NCBI GenBank assembly: GCA_051294375.1
Contig: CM119266.1
Location: forward strand, 27,357,017 to 27,421,016
DNA: 64,000 nt
Source: Paraspadella gotoi
Taxonomy: Eukaryota > Animalia > Chaetognatha
Direction: 5' to 3'
How positions within the stretch are numbered: position 1 is the stretch's first letter; each line of letters begins with the position of its first letter. The position numbers were made by a program, and so were the translations under genes. The notes beneath the pieces are model-generated. The model searched no databases and was not told the origin of the DNA. It saw nothing but the letters and a program-made list of their open reading frames with translations. Positions 1 to 12,525 of the stretch are shown here, one piece after another.

Positions 1-170
1 CAATCAATTACTATTATACCAATCAATCAATTACTATTATTTTAATCAAAAACTATTACATCAATAATTTGTTATTGCATAAATTATTATTTTTTTTGTT
101 TTATTAATTTTCTTTGATGGTAACGTCTGGCGAGATCACTATACTTTTAAGATTTTTTTTTTTTAAACAG

Positions 171-777
171 GTCGAAGCCAAATGGAAAGTGGTATCTGAT
201 GACTTTGACGACTCGCTCATCGGGGCGAATGCGTCGGCGGAAGGTGGCGATGAGGGCATCATCAAAACGGAAGAGAGAGGTAAGTGGTGCATTTCATTTC
301 TTGTCTGAAAAAAACTATTTTACATTTGGACCATTCAAAGACTTAAATCTTCTTACCCCACAGTCATCAATATAGTCCATGACTACAAGCTCGAAAGCTT
401 TGAGCTTGATAAGAAAGGTTTCAAGAAGGCCGTTTCCACCTACGCGAAGAAGGTGGTCGAAAAGATGACGGCGAATGAAGCGCCTGCCGAGGATATCGCT
501 ACCTTCAAGGAATGCATGAAGTGCAAGGTCGCGGAAATCTTAGCGAGTAAGTGATTTTGAAGTTTTCTCCGGACTCGTCCCGCCGCTCTTGTGTTCTCAT
601 GACTTGAAAATATTTAATTGATCCCTTTTTACAGATTTCGATGATTACCAATTTTTCCATTCCATCGACGACTATGAATGTGTAGGAATGAACCCTCTGC
701 TCACCTACAAGGACGGCGACGTGGAGAAGCCCGTTTTCTATTTCTTTGCCGGTGGCCTCGTCAAGGAGAAATGTTAG
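171..777 (+). CDS. TPT1: Translationally controlled tumour protein, 3' part (exons 171-279, 364-546, 635-777; 5' exon(s) upstream of window)
   Basis: Spliced translation contains DDSLIGANASAEG, VINIVHDYKL, NFDDYQFF and ends FYFFAGGLVKEKC*; GT-AG introns keep the frame. Confidence 0.93.
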
Positions 778-1148
778 ACCAATTTTTCCCTCCTTTCCTC
801 TCCGTCTCTTTCTCTCAACATTGGTTGGCTGATTGTCCTCGGAGAATAGCCTAGAAACGGACGTTTGTGGGCCGAACCCCGTATTTTTCATCAATGCCTT
901 TGTCGAATACGAAAAAAATTGTGTGTACTCGTACACGAGAATCGCTAGGATTGGGTCGTCCCTCAAAATTTTAGTTATATATACCCTGGTTGTTAATTTC
1001 GCTTTTCTGTAGCAAATAGCTATACATACAATGTAAAGTATTAATGATAAATAAGTTTCAAATCATTTTTTTTTCTCTCGCTTGTCAGTTCATCAATAAT
1101 AGTAAGAGAAAGCTTTATACCGCCTCTTCCACGTGTTTTTCTGTTACG

Positions 1149-1212
1149 AAGGGGAACCCATCCTCTCGCCCCGCCACGGCGGTGGCGCGAAGGACAGGTC
1201 TCTTTGACAATA
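1149..1212 (+). ncRNA. Candidate H/ACA-like hairpin in the TCTP-RPL23 spacer
   Basis: Long hairpin (aagggga/tctcttt, tcct/agga, tcgc/gcga, ccgcc/ggcgg) followed by ACA at 1207-1209. No clear H box or convincing rRNA target. Confidence 0.35.
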
Positions 1213-1321
1213 CCAACTAAATTTTCTCTTCCCTCCCCAATTTAGGTTAATAATTAAAAAATTTAGTAGTAGTCGAAAAAGAAAAGATTAGTCGATAAGA
1301 AAATACTTTTTTTAAAAAAAA

Positions 1322-2065
<744 letters not shown>

Positions 2066-2389
2066 CCCCATCGGTCGTCACCCCATGATCATGACCCGAA
2101 GCTCCAAAAAAACTGGGTCAGAGATGGAGGTAAAGGGTCATCGATGTAAGACATTCTCGGGTTTCGTTACGCGCCACGAGTCCGCCCAACATTTCGCGAC
2201 GCCGATTCTTGTTTTTAAATCGAAACCAATTTATAATTTTGTTACTTTTCCCGACTTAAAATTCGCAAATTGCCTTTCCAATTTATTTTTAGTACATGTT
2301 AAGGTTTATTCGTTTAAATAAAATTTTGTCAGGGGGCTCTGTTTTTCTTTTGTATGACTTAACATTTAAAATTAGCCAACCGCCTCACC

Positions 2390-3558
2390 ATGGGCGCTTA
2401 TAAATACGTCAACGAACTTTGGCGCAAGAAGCAGAGTGACGTAATGGGGTTCTTGTTGCGCGTGCGCACGTGGCAATACCGTCAACTGTCGCGGGTGCAT
2501 CGCGCTTCTCAGCCCACGCGGATCGAAAAGGCCCGGCGGTTGGTGAGTTTTTTTGTGGCTATTTAATGGCGGCGATTTTAAAAAAACCTAAATAATTTTA
2601 TTGAAGCACATTAAAAACTGGTACTAGTAGTACTAGTAGTACTAGTAAAAAGCCAGTACTAATTCGATATAATTCACTTTGTCCCTTTATTGCAGGGCTA
2701 CCGCGCTAAACAGGGTTTTGTCGTTTATCGCGTTCGCGTTCGCCGCGGTTCCCGCAAGAAGCCTGTCGCCAAAGGCATCACCTACGGCAAGCCCACTCAC
2801 CATGGTGTCAACCAGATGAAGTTCCAGCGCTCTCTCCAATCAATTGCTGGTGAGTTTTCGGTCGTCAAAATTTCCCATTTTCCGCGGGTAAGTCAGCTCG
2901 ATTGCCTTTTAATGGCAAATCGAGTGTTACATTCGCGGTACAACAAGATTTCTCGACCTTTTCCGTTCGATCCCCCCGTTCGAGTCATTCGCGCGGGTTG
3001 GGTTTACGAACCACGAGGAATCCGGGATCATCGAGAGTTGATCGTCATCGACGAGAAAGGATTTTAAGCCTTTCTCTCTTTGCGGCGCGATCTTAGTCTT
3101 GAGCTCGACAAACTTAATATTTTGACGCTTTTGGTCTCCGCTTTCGGTTAAATCGTGATTTTCTTGATTAGAGGAACGTGTGGGTCGTAAGATCGGATCC
3201 CTCCGCGTTCTCAACTCTTACTGGGTGGGCGAGGACTCTACTTACAAGTACTACGAGGTGATCATGGTGGATCCCGCTCACAACGCCATCCGACGCGATC
3301 CCAGGATGCAGGTGTGAAATACGGAAGGGGAGAAACCGGTGCTTTCATTCTTCGCCCTTAACGAGCAACATCAAATTTTTTTCAAAGTGGATCTGCGCGT
3401 CGAAACAGAAGCACCGGGAATTACGAGGAAAAACCTCGGCCGGCCGCTCCTCTCGCGGACTCGGCAAGGGTCACCGTTATTCGGCGACGAACGGAGGGTC
3501 TCGACGGGCCGCTTGGCTGCGCAAGAACACCCTCTCCCTCACGCGATATCGTCATTGA
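2390..3558 (+). CDS. RPL15: 60S ribosomal protein L15 (eL15); exons 2390-2542, 2696-2849, 3172-3311, 3388-3558
   Basis: [19 protein letters not shown]...[18 protein letters not shown]...[20 protein letters not shown]...[17 protein letters not shown]. Confidence 0.98.
2880..3113 (+). ncRNA. U19/SNORA74/snR191-like three-hairpin H/ACA snoRNA in RPL15 intron 2
   Basis: 5' hairpin pocket agtca/gttac pairs with GUAAC[U]A-UGACU (yeast U2258), 14 nt before H box ACAACA (2940-2945). An extra middle stem follows. The 3' hairpin pocket gagagt/tagt pairs with ACUA[U]G-ACUCUC (U2260), 14 nt before ACA (3108-3110). These are the two known U19/snR191 targets. Confidence 0.85.
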
Positions 3559-3848
3559 GGGGCTCACTGTGCCATTTTATTTTTCATGTTTCATTTCGAT
3601 TCGTTTCGAACGAAATTTTGATTTTTCTTCTCTTGGCTTTGTCCGTTTCTATCTCGACGAGCCATTGTGCGATTCGTTGGCGTATTTGTTAAATTCAGAA
3701 TTTTCCAATTCAGAAAAAAAATTTATAAATATTTGTTAAAGGTCAAATTAAAAAGAAGATTCGGTTATTCTCTTTTTAGATATTTCTTGTTAAAAAACAA
3801 ATTTTCGAGCGGTAAGCTTAAATCCAAGAAGCTACCGAGTTACGAAAG

Positions 3849-3926
3849 ATGCGAGCCAAGTGGCACAAGAAGAGAGTCAGACGCCTCAAGCGCAAGAGAA
3901 GAAAGATGCGCGAGAGATCCAAGTAA
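3849..3926 (+). CDS. RPL41: Ribosomal protein L41 (eL41/eS32), 25 aa; too short for the ORF track
   Basis: MRAKWHKKRVRRLKRKRRKMRERSK*, three substitutions from the human sequence. Confidence 0.97.
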   Translation: MRAKWHKKRVRRLKRKRRKMRERSK

Positions 3927-4353
3927 AGAGCGGGAGATAGGAGAGACGAACGCCGGCGGTAGAGGAAATTGACAATCTGGATCGTCGAAGACTGCAATTT
4001 GTTGCAAGCGGAGCGAATCAACGGACGAAGCAACAACGCGCGCGAAGGATCGCAAGAACTTTTCACGCTACAGGAGTTTCGGACTTGAGCGCTTTCACGA
4101 GAAGAAGAATCAAGCTTTGACGCAACGGATTTAAACAGAAGTTTAATTTGTAATGGCTTTTCTGCAAGACTTTCTTTGTCATCTGTTTTTTCAATTTGTT
4201 TCTTCGTTGGTTACGTCTCGTTTTTGTTTTCTTTTAAAAATGTTTCGCTCTCATTTGTTTTCGTTTTCGTAAAAACTTCAAATTTCAGATTTTCTCGCTC
4301 CTCAAAATTTACATTGCCGAGCCTTTATATTGAAACCGACTCTCACTCTCCCG

Positions 4354-5016
4354 ATGGCGGATATTCCCACTGTAGACAGTTCCACGACCTCTTTGAACAG
4401 ACTGGAGCGACTTCCTCGTGTCGACGAAACCGACGATTCTCTAGACACGTTCGTTCTTCACGGCCACGACCACACTCTTGGAAATCCCCTACGACATATC
4501 ATCCTCAAAGATCCAAGGACCGAGTTTTGCGGGTAAAGCGTGGTTCGGCCTTTTGGGGACGGGTTTACTGGCGCGACTTAAGAGCCGAGAGGACAATTCC
4601 CGTTTCCTCTCGGTGTCGATTCGCGCCAAATTAACGTCTGCACCGTTTTCGTTGACGCCATTTTGGAGGCTTTTGTCTCGATTAAAAAGTGGATTCAACG
4701 TTTTACAGAGCTACAAAAAATTGATTAGAATGGCTTATAACTTATTATAATAAAAACCCTGCAAGAAATGCATTCTTCCATTTGTATTTGCAGATACAGC
4801 GTCATTCACCCGACTGAAGAGAATATCCACTTGCGAGTCCAAACCAAACCAGGACCCGATGCTGCTCCCGCCGTACAAGTACTAAAAACCGGCTTAGAAA
4901 ATCTCAAGTCTGTCTGTCACTACGTCACTCTTGAGTTCGACGACGCCGTATTTAGCTTTAAGGAAAAGCAGGAGAAAGAGCAGCAGCAGCAAGAACAGCA
5001 CAGCGAAACGTCATAA
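4354..5016 (+). CDS. POLR1D: RNA polymerase I/III subunit RPAC2 (AC19); exons 4354-4532, 4794-5016
   Basis: [46 protein letters not shown]...LKTGLENL is the RPB11/AC19 signature of AC19 type. Confidence 0.93.
4567..4718 (+). ncRNA. Intronic H/ACA snoRNA whose 5' hairpin is paralogous to the RPL23-intron guide (28S U2264 equivalent)
   Basis: Stems tggcgcga/tcgcgcca and gccgagagga/tcctctcggt enclose pocket cttaaga/gtcg; H box AAATTA at 4628-4633. A second hairpin (cgttga/tcaacg) is followed by ACA at 4705 or 4713; its target is unassigned. Confidence 0.7.
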
Positions 5017-5036
5017 ACCCGACAGAAAAAACTAGT

Positions 5037-8000
5037 ATGCATTTACAGCCGACGAATGCTGTAGTCACAGCACCCAGCAGCCCGAAAGGGCCCGCCTCTT
5101 CTGTGTTTTTTCGCCCTTATCCCGAACGCTGGGGCGATCTTCCGCCCCAGCAAAAGGATGATGACGGCATCGCGGCATTGGAGCGAGACCGAATGACTAA
5201 GCCGCGAGACGTTCTGGTCGAACCGGCAACGTTGTTTCAACCTACGGCGCCTCGTGGTGCCGCGGATGACTCCGTCATTAAGCGAGAGGCGAAGTCTGGG
5301 GGCGGACTTTTTGGTAATTATGAGCGGATGATATGCAATTTCAGAGGCGTGGGAAAAATTGGAGTGTACAGAATGTCCTAACTTCATTGCAATTTGAAAT
5401 TGCGCGTTTTGGTATTATTAAATTTTTTTACCTTCAAGATGCGCCCACCAAACCTTCCTTTTCAATTGCCTCGACTTCTCATGATCGACCTTCCTCGAGC
5501 CGATTTACCGTCGACTCCGATCCTCTCGTCATTCATTCCATTCAACTGCGACGGTATCTCGCGCGAAAGGGCACTGAGGCGGGAACGTCGTCCGAAAGCG
5601 AGGCACCGCCCCCGAAGCCGTCCGCTTTGAAGACGAAAAGAGAACCGTCCGAAGGTGAGACGCGACGAAGAGATGAATTCGGTTTAATAAGTCTAAACAT
5701 AATCAAAAATTGTATTTTATAATCTATATTTTAAGGCGCAGATTCTGAATTTCGCCGAGGCCGATGGGCGTCCTCGCCTCCGCCCTCTATCTCCCCGTCG
5801 ACGAAACGTCGCCTCCTCCGTCGCAGCGTCGTGCAGCTCGTCGCTAATTCGGGCTTTGATTCCGCCGCCGAGTCCGTCCTCGAATATTTGACAGGTGAGT
5901 TGGGGCTCGGGGAACGGTGAATTTCTTTTTTTTTTCTCGGACGTCGGGTAAGCTGGACTACTAGTATACATGGTGACAATTCTAAAATCGCCGTTAAAAA
6001 AAAGTTGCCATTTGTAAACCCTTGAAGATTTTTTATCGTCGCAATCGCTTAGCGTTTGCGACGATATTGTAACGCTTTTGCGTCGTCGTCGTTGGCGTTC
6101 AAAATTATAGATCGCCTTTTTTATGATTAAAATGAAAATTTATATACAGCTTCTCATCATCAATGTGCTTAAATTGAGTCTGGACAGTTATTAAATATGT
6201 TTTGTTTACGTTTATAAAAACAAACAAATTTTCTCTTTATTTTATATTTTCTTTCTCTCTCTCTTTTTCTCTTTTAATTACATGTCTCTCTCCGTCTCTC
6301 TTTTCCCTAGTCACCGATTCATAGTACGGGAGACTAACTCAAGGTGGTTAAGAAATTTGAATTAAGCACCTGCTCAAACGAAAATTTAAAACTTTTTTTA
6401 AAAAATTTGAATAGACAAAATTTTTTAATATTACTCCATATATATTAATTTTTTAATATTTATTTATAAATAGGAAAGGCTAAAATTTTTTGGGGATTTT
6501 TTGATTTTTAAGGTAAGATTCAGGTAGCCTGCAAAAAGTTGTCTACACAAAGTATAATTCTTTTTTAGATATTTTGATCATAAGTGTGTGAAAAATATGA
6601 AAAACTATTTATAATCATCTTCATTTTTCGATAATTTTATTACTTTTTCTTAATTTTGACCAAGAAAACATAAATATTTTTGAAAGTTGTAGTTAAATTT
6701 TTTATTTAACTTTTTATGCTCTATCAGAATCTATCAAAAAGTTAAGATTGATTAAAAAAATTGTTATCATTATATAGTAATATTGTAATTTTAATAGCAA
6801 CAATAAAAGCATTAAAATCGAACTTTTTTAAAAAATTCTTTTTTACCTAAAAGTAGACTTCAAGACTAAAGTTTTGAACCCCTGCCCTATTGAATTTAAT
6901 TTCATAGTAGATTTCTATTCATAGGGGAAAAAAACGAGTCTGCAGCTGGCTCTGCAGGGTTTATTCTTTTTCTCCTTTTCTCCTGCTGTTTCTGCTGCTG
7001 CTTTTTGATTTCTTTCTTTTTTTCTGGGTGCCGCTGCTGCTGCCAGAAACTGTAACTTTAATTTTCCTCGGTATTTTTTTTTTGGACAATTGACAATGAC
7101 AAAAAAAAAATTTATTGTCAATGAAATTTTAATTTTTTTTTTTTGAAACTAACTTTAATTTTCTTCGGTACTTTATTATTTTTTTTAATTGACAATCGCA
7201 AAATAGAATTTTTCTTTGTTTATAAATTAATTTTCTATTCTCAAATTTAATTTTTTTAATATCAAAATTTGTCGTCAATCCAGAATTTCTTATGCGATTG
7301 CGACGATCCTTATGCTTTTAAGATTTTTTAATATTAAATATCAAATTAAAAGTAAAAACCAAAATTATTTATATAACTTTCAATAAGTTTTTATAAAATT
7401 TTTTAAATAAAATAATATTAATATTATTATCTTCTGATAGCCCTCTCAAATCTGAAGAGAATGATGTACTTATAAATACTCTTTGATGATACTATTAGTT
7501 ATATAAACAATATTTAAACAGGTCATATATTTAAAAAAAAGATTTAAAATTTTCAATATTTTATTTTTGATTTTATTAATTGAACCAAAGCTAGGTAACT
7601 TAATTTTTATGTAAGAGCTTTCGTAAATATATTATTCTTTTAAAATTTTTATGGGTGACAAATATTATGCCTCGCCTCAGTTATTTTTTGACTCTTTTCT
7701 TTTCTCTGCTGAATTTTTATTTTTGATCGTCCTTAACTTGTCCTCATGAATTCGGCCAATACGTCTACCGCTCTTTTGTCGGTTATTTATCAATATTCTG
7801 TCGGTCTCTGAGTCGTAATTTGGCGAGACTCAAGATAAACATTAAGTTCGTTTTTTGCCAATTTCTACATAGCATCGCCTGTCCTCAACGAGTTTTACAG
7901 GATTTTTATTGACAATAATAAAAATAAAGTTTGTAAACGTTATTCTCCACTCTTTATTCATCAATTTCGCCGTCATTCAGCATACATTCATAAAGAGCCT

Positions 8001-9652
8001 ATGTTACACTTTCAAGGGACGGACGACGCCTCGAATGCCGATATCGCGGGATATTAATATTAATATTCATAATATCTTAACACTTTTTGAAACAAAATAT
8101 TTATTAAGTTTTCAAAAAATTGAATTTAAAAACAGTTGAAAAATGAAAGCCATTTTAAAAGCTAACTTTCTCCATTCATTGTCAAGCATATTTTAACTGA
8201 TCAATATAAATTTGAACATATAAATGATTTTGGTATTTTCTACTCAACTAACTTTTAAAATCAATAAAATAACCACGAGTTCGCAAATGGCAGCGTTTTT
8301 TTTTACCGGCGGTTTCAGAATAATCACCATGTATATAAAAAATGTTTCATAAAAATGTGTAAAAAAATATATATAGCCATTGCGATTTGCCTCGTTTTCT
8401 TTTTTCTCTTTTTCTCTCATTCTCTTCACCAAGGTCGGACTTGTATTTGCATTCCAATTTTTGTGGTGTCTTAACTTGGTTGTTATGAATTTATTAATAA
8501 ATATTATTGCTTAAACCGAATGCTGAATCGATATTTTTTTTATTTCTTGTCGATCATTACTGCTAGTTTATAGCATTTAATTTTTTAATCTATTATCACT
8601 TTGTTTGATTTTATTTCTACATTAAATTTTACTAACTTATTTAATCTTGAAACCTTCCAATAATCCTGCCGTCGAGGCTTTCGCCGTGCCACGACGCGCG
8701 TGGTAAAGAAGGAAAATAAATATTATGTCGCTTTGAACGAGGTCTCGCAATCGTCTTTGGCTTGATCAAAAATACATAAAAACATTTGATTATTTTAATC
8801 AAGTGCATAACCGTAATAGTAAATGTCATACGCTCATAATTATTAGTTCAAGGTATTGCGAAGCGAACCTCTTTTCATCCGACTCGTCTTATTTTTCTCT
8901 CCAAGATCTCGCGGACGATCACCTTACCCAAGTAACGCGCCTCCTCGCGCAGGCACATGACACAGCCGTCTCCGTCGGCGACGAGGAAGGCGCTTCGGGT
9001 TTCTCCGACCCTCTCCACCGCGTTCTCCTCGAGATTGGCCTCCCCGGCGGCGTCAAAGACCTGCTGCTCCACTACCGGCGCCACGTCGTTCAGCCCCACC
9101 GGGAACTCTGGCGACTCTGCGGCGCCGACGTCGATTCGGACGATTCGGAGGTCAAGGCGGAGAAAAGCGAAGGTGAGAAAAAAAATTTTGTGCTTGGAAG
9201 ATGAAATCATCATCTTTTGAATTTCCACCAGTTAAAGAAGTACCAACCGAGACAAATATCGAAGGTGCTTTGTTCGATCTTTCTGGCAACAGCACCGAAG
9301 ACCAAGGAAGCTCTACGAAAACAAACCCCCCTCCTACTATCGTCCCGGCAGCTTCGATAGTCGGATGTTCGCCCTCTGGTGCGTTAAATATTACCTCTGA
9401 ATAGTGAGAAGTAAATCTATTAAATTCTACTTCCTATCTGAATTACAAGGACCCCAAACTTCTGATTTAACGGACTACGACGCGGAGGACGAAGACGACG
9501 TCATAACCGAACCCTCGTCCGTCAAAAGCGTCTTCGATTCAGGCAGCGGAAGTGGCGTCATCAACTCAAATTCGATCAACGCCGCCGTCATGAATCTCGT
9601 TTCCCCTTCTTCCTCTAAAATCCCCAGCAAGAGACGGAAAACTAAATTGTGA
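5037..9652 (+). CDS. SUPT7L: SAGA/STAGA subunit SPT7-like (STAF65-gamma); exons about 5037-5313, 5439-5654, 5736-5894, 8906-9172, 9232-9379, 9450-9652
   Basis: N-terminal motifs RWGDLPP, LFQPTA and LVIHSIQL, plus histone fold RRLLRRSVVQLVANSGFDSAAESVLEYLTDLADDHL...FSDPLHRVLLEIG; basic NLS-like C-terminus. Confidence 0.85.
6029..7329 (+). mobile_element. Helentron-associated non-autonomous element (HINE-like), family B, copy 1
   Basis: 5' subterminal palindrome atcgtcgcaatcgc-tta-gcgtttgcgacgat; 3' subTIR gcgattgcgacgat plus small stem-loop ctta..taag; T-run flanks, no TSD; other copies at 15803 and about 61500. Confidence 0.7.
6325..6916. repeat. About 590 bp interspersed repeat inserted into HINE-B copy 1
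   Basis: Absent from the copy at 15803. Flanked by 8-bp direct repeat attcatag (6317-6324, 6917-6924). Related inverted sequence at about 51050-51560 (e.g. ttgtctacacaaag). Confidence 0.55.
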
Positions 9653-9894
9653 TTCATATTTTTTTTTATTCTTTCATGTATCTTTTTTTGTTTAAAGTTT
9701 TGTTTCTCAATCTCATTGTTCGTTTGATATTCGTTGATTGTCGTTATTAGGTTAATTTTGATTTTAGGATTTAAGGAATAAAAAATTAATAGCTAGCTCG
9801 CTCACAGACCGTTATAATTGTTATCTTATGATAAAAAAAGACCCATTAAAACGTTGAGGGAAGAGAAATGTATTCATAAATTATGTTAAAAGCA

Positions 9895-10842
9895 TTAAGT
9901 TTTGGACAATTTAAATCTCTTGGATTTCGGAGGAACCGCTTGGTTCGGAGATGCGTCGATAATTTGCCCGCTCTCTTGACTGGTCAGGCTCCCGCTCTCA
10001 GAACCCGAGGTCGACAACGCCGGGCTCCTTTCTCGAATGAGAAAGTCGACGGCTTGAACTGCGTTTGATTGTTGTTGGGCTATATCAAGGAAGGTAAGCC
10101 AGGGTGGGGGGCAGAAGTCCATTGCATCTCACCTCCGCCTTGAGCGAAGTCCTCCGCGTTTCCTAAGTCGCCCCCGTTGGAGATTGTCGACGAGTTTGAC
10201 GAAGACGACGAGAATTGCCCGCTGGTTTGGGATCGTTCGATGCGACGAATCTAGGAGGGAGGGGGATGGGAGCGAGTGCAAATTTTGGTAAAAATGCTTT
10301 TGACTCATTTGAGAGATCTTCTTTTCAACCTGCTGCTCCAAAAGTTGGTTCTGTCTCCGTAGGTCAGAAATGTCCGCTTGATGAGATGCCGTCTCCGCCT
10401 GGATGTGTCGAATGTAGGTGGTCGCCTGCTTGAGAATCTCTGTTCTCGAAGATCTCGTTGTCTTTTCAGAGATTCGCGGGATGCTCTCCTTCAGCCTGAG
10501 TGACGTGAGAAAAGAAGTTAATTCTCGGTCACGATATCGTCAATGTCGGAACTATGTATTCATCGTTATCTATGTGAATCAGTGAATTTTGTGGTTTGCG
10601 GTTACTGATTAATCAATTTATAGCTGACGACTCTTCCTGATTTTTTCTTTCCCCCCCCCCACACCTCTCCTTTACTTTTCGAAAGAGTCTTTAATGTGGT
10701 CCCTTCGCTTTCGCTCGAGGGCATTGTGATGGGCGCGGCGTTCGGCGTTGTTTTCCACGCCGGCGTCATCACCATCTCCATAACAGTCTTCTTCTCCGCT
10801 GTCATCCTCTCCGCACTCGGCCTCCACTTCGTCTTCACTCAT
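9895..10842 (-). CDS. MAX: MAX bHLH-zipper transcription factor; exons 10842-10676, 10495-10330, 10250-10133, 10079-9895
   Basis: MSEDEVE...[30 protein letters not shown]...SRTEILKQATTYIRHI...DISDLRRQNQLLEQQIRRIE. Confidence 0.95.
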
Positions 10843-12525
10843 TGTAAGTTAGATGGAAGTCGAGTTCGGGATTTTCCTCCTGTATCAAAAAGATTACGAA
10901 ACCGTTAAACCCTCAAGGTTTTAGTAATCGAACTTTCCAAAATTTAATCAGGTTGTCTGAAGTTTATTTCAAAATGAGCTAAGAGTCGCGCCCAGTGCAT
11001 TTTTGCTCCCAGTGGTTTGAAATAAGGTCGAGAAATGTTTTTAAAAATATTTCAATCTTCTCGAAAAGTCTTAAATTTTTTTATAATGACGTGGAAGATA
11101 ATTGCATGGGAGTTTAGTCTTGTAGTGCCGGTTTACCTGATGTCACGGATAAAAATAGAAATCTTCTTTGTTGTAACCGTGATAGATAACCTTTTTTACG
11201 CGTGCCTTCTTCTTTCTATCCAGTATGTATGTTATCTCCCCACTTTGAAGTAAGTCTCTTCTCTCAACCAATCACGGGTCTTTATGATGGATCATCACCG
11301 TAAATTCGTCCAATGAGAGTCCTCTCGTCGACGCTCCCAATCCGCTCCTGCGATCCCGCGTTTCGACCAATCGGCGAGCCCCTTGAACAGGCAGCGACTC
11401 TCGTCCTGCCTCGCCTTGGAGCCCGACATGGAAAGAGCGTGGCGGTTCTCGGTTCCATCCCCCGAACTACGTCGTCGGAAATCCGGGAATGGAATGATCA
11501 GAAGGGAAACACCCACCTTGAGGAAAGTGAATCCCGGTCTCCTCTCTTCGGTTTCACCCGTCTTCGTCGAATTACGTCTTTCGATCAAGTTCGATTATGG
11601 CGGGTTGTCGCCCATAACAATCTCCGCCTACTCTACGAAGTGAATAGGTATCGATGTCAACGTCTGGCGAATTCTCAACCTTACACCGAAGGAGTTTTTA
11701 ACCAACGTGCAAATTTTGGGCTCAATGTCAAGCATTGCGTTGGGGGCAATAACTCCGTTGGGGGGGTCTAAAGCTCGGGAAAGTTCTAACCGGCCCGTTT
11801 CTTGGGATAAAAGGGAAAGTCAAGAGGGAACCATTCGATTGTTTCGACGTATTCGTGAAAATTTCCTGCGTAACTATTTGTAGAGACCTGCTTCTCTATT
11901 CATCGTCAATTATGTTATTAAGAAATAACTCTAAGCAAAGATATTTTAACTAAGAGATAAGAGATAGTTTAAAAAGTTATAATTTTGAGAATTTCAGAAT
12001 CTGATTTAAATTTCATATGTGACATAATATATTTAAAAGCTGAAAATATATGTTCCCTTGATATATACAATTCCTTTCCCTCACCAATCATATACTATCT
12101 TTGTTTGTTGTGATATTTGATTTAATTGAATTGCCTCGTATTTTATTCACCATTTTTATTTCGATTATTATGACGTAGTTATTTCGCCCACGAATTATTC
12201 GTAGGGAACTTTTTAAGACAACAGCGTCATCATCATCATCATCATGCCTTTGACTTGAGATCGAGAGATGGTAATCGAATTAAGTCGATTCGAAGCGAAA
12301 CTCGATACGAAACCGATGGATCGAAATCACTGATGGATTCGGCCTTCGTCGGGATTCGAAAATTTTACCACAGAGAATTGGCTTTGAGCAGTCTTACTAT
12401 ATGAGATAAACTTTAATCAATGACAACTTCAACCAACACCTCAGAATGTAAAAATTTGCAAAAAGAATATCTCGGAAATTTTACGACTTTCGCTGCTAAA
12501 AGAGCGAAATCGTTATCGCCAAACC

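Noticed and set aside
547-634. Possible snoRNA in a TCTP intron (tcccgccg complementary to 28S)
   Set aside because: Only an 8-nt match, with no proper C/D or H/ACA boxes.
2085-2130. SECIS-like ATGA-N11-AA...GA pattern after the RPL23 TGA
   Set aside because: Helix II is too short and weak, the element is too close to the UGA, and RPL23 ends at its normal C-terminus.
3312-3387. Hairpin plus ACA and a U12-like ccttaac in RPL15 intron 3
   Set aside because: The intron is only 76 nt, the donor is not U12-type, and no guide target is evident.
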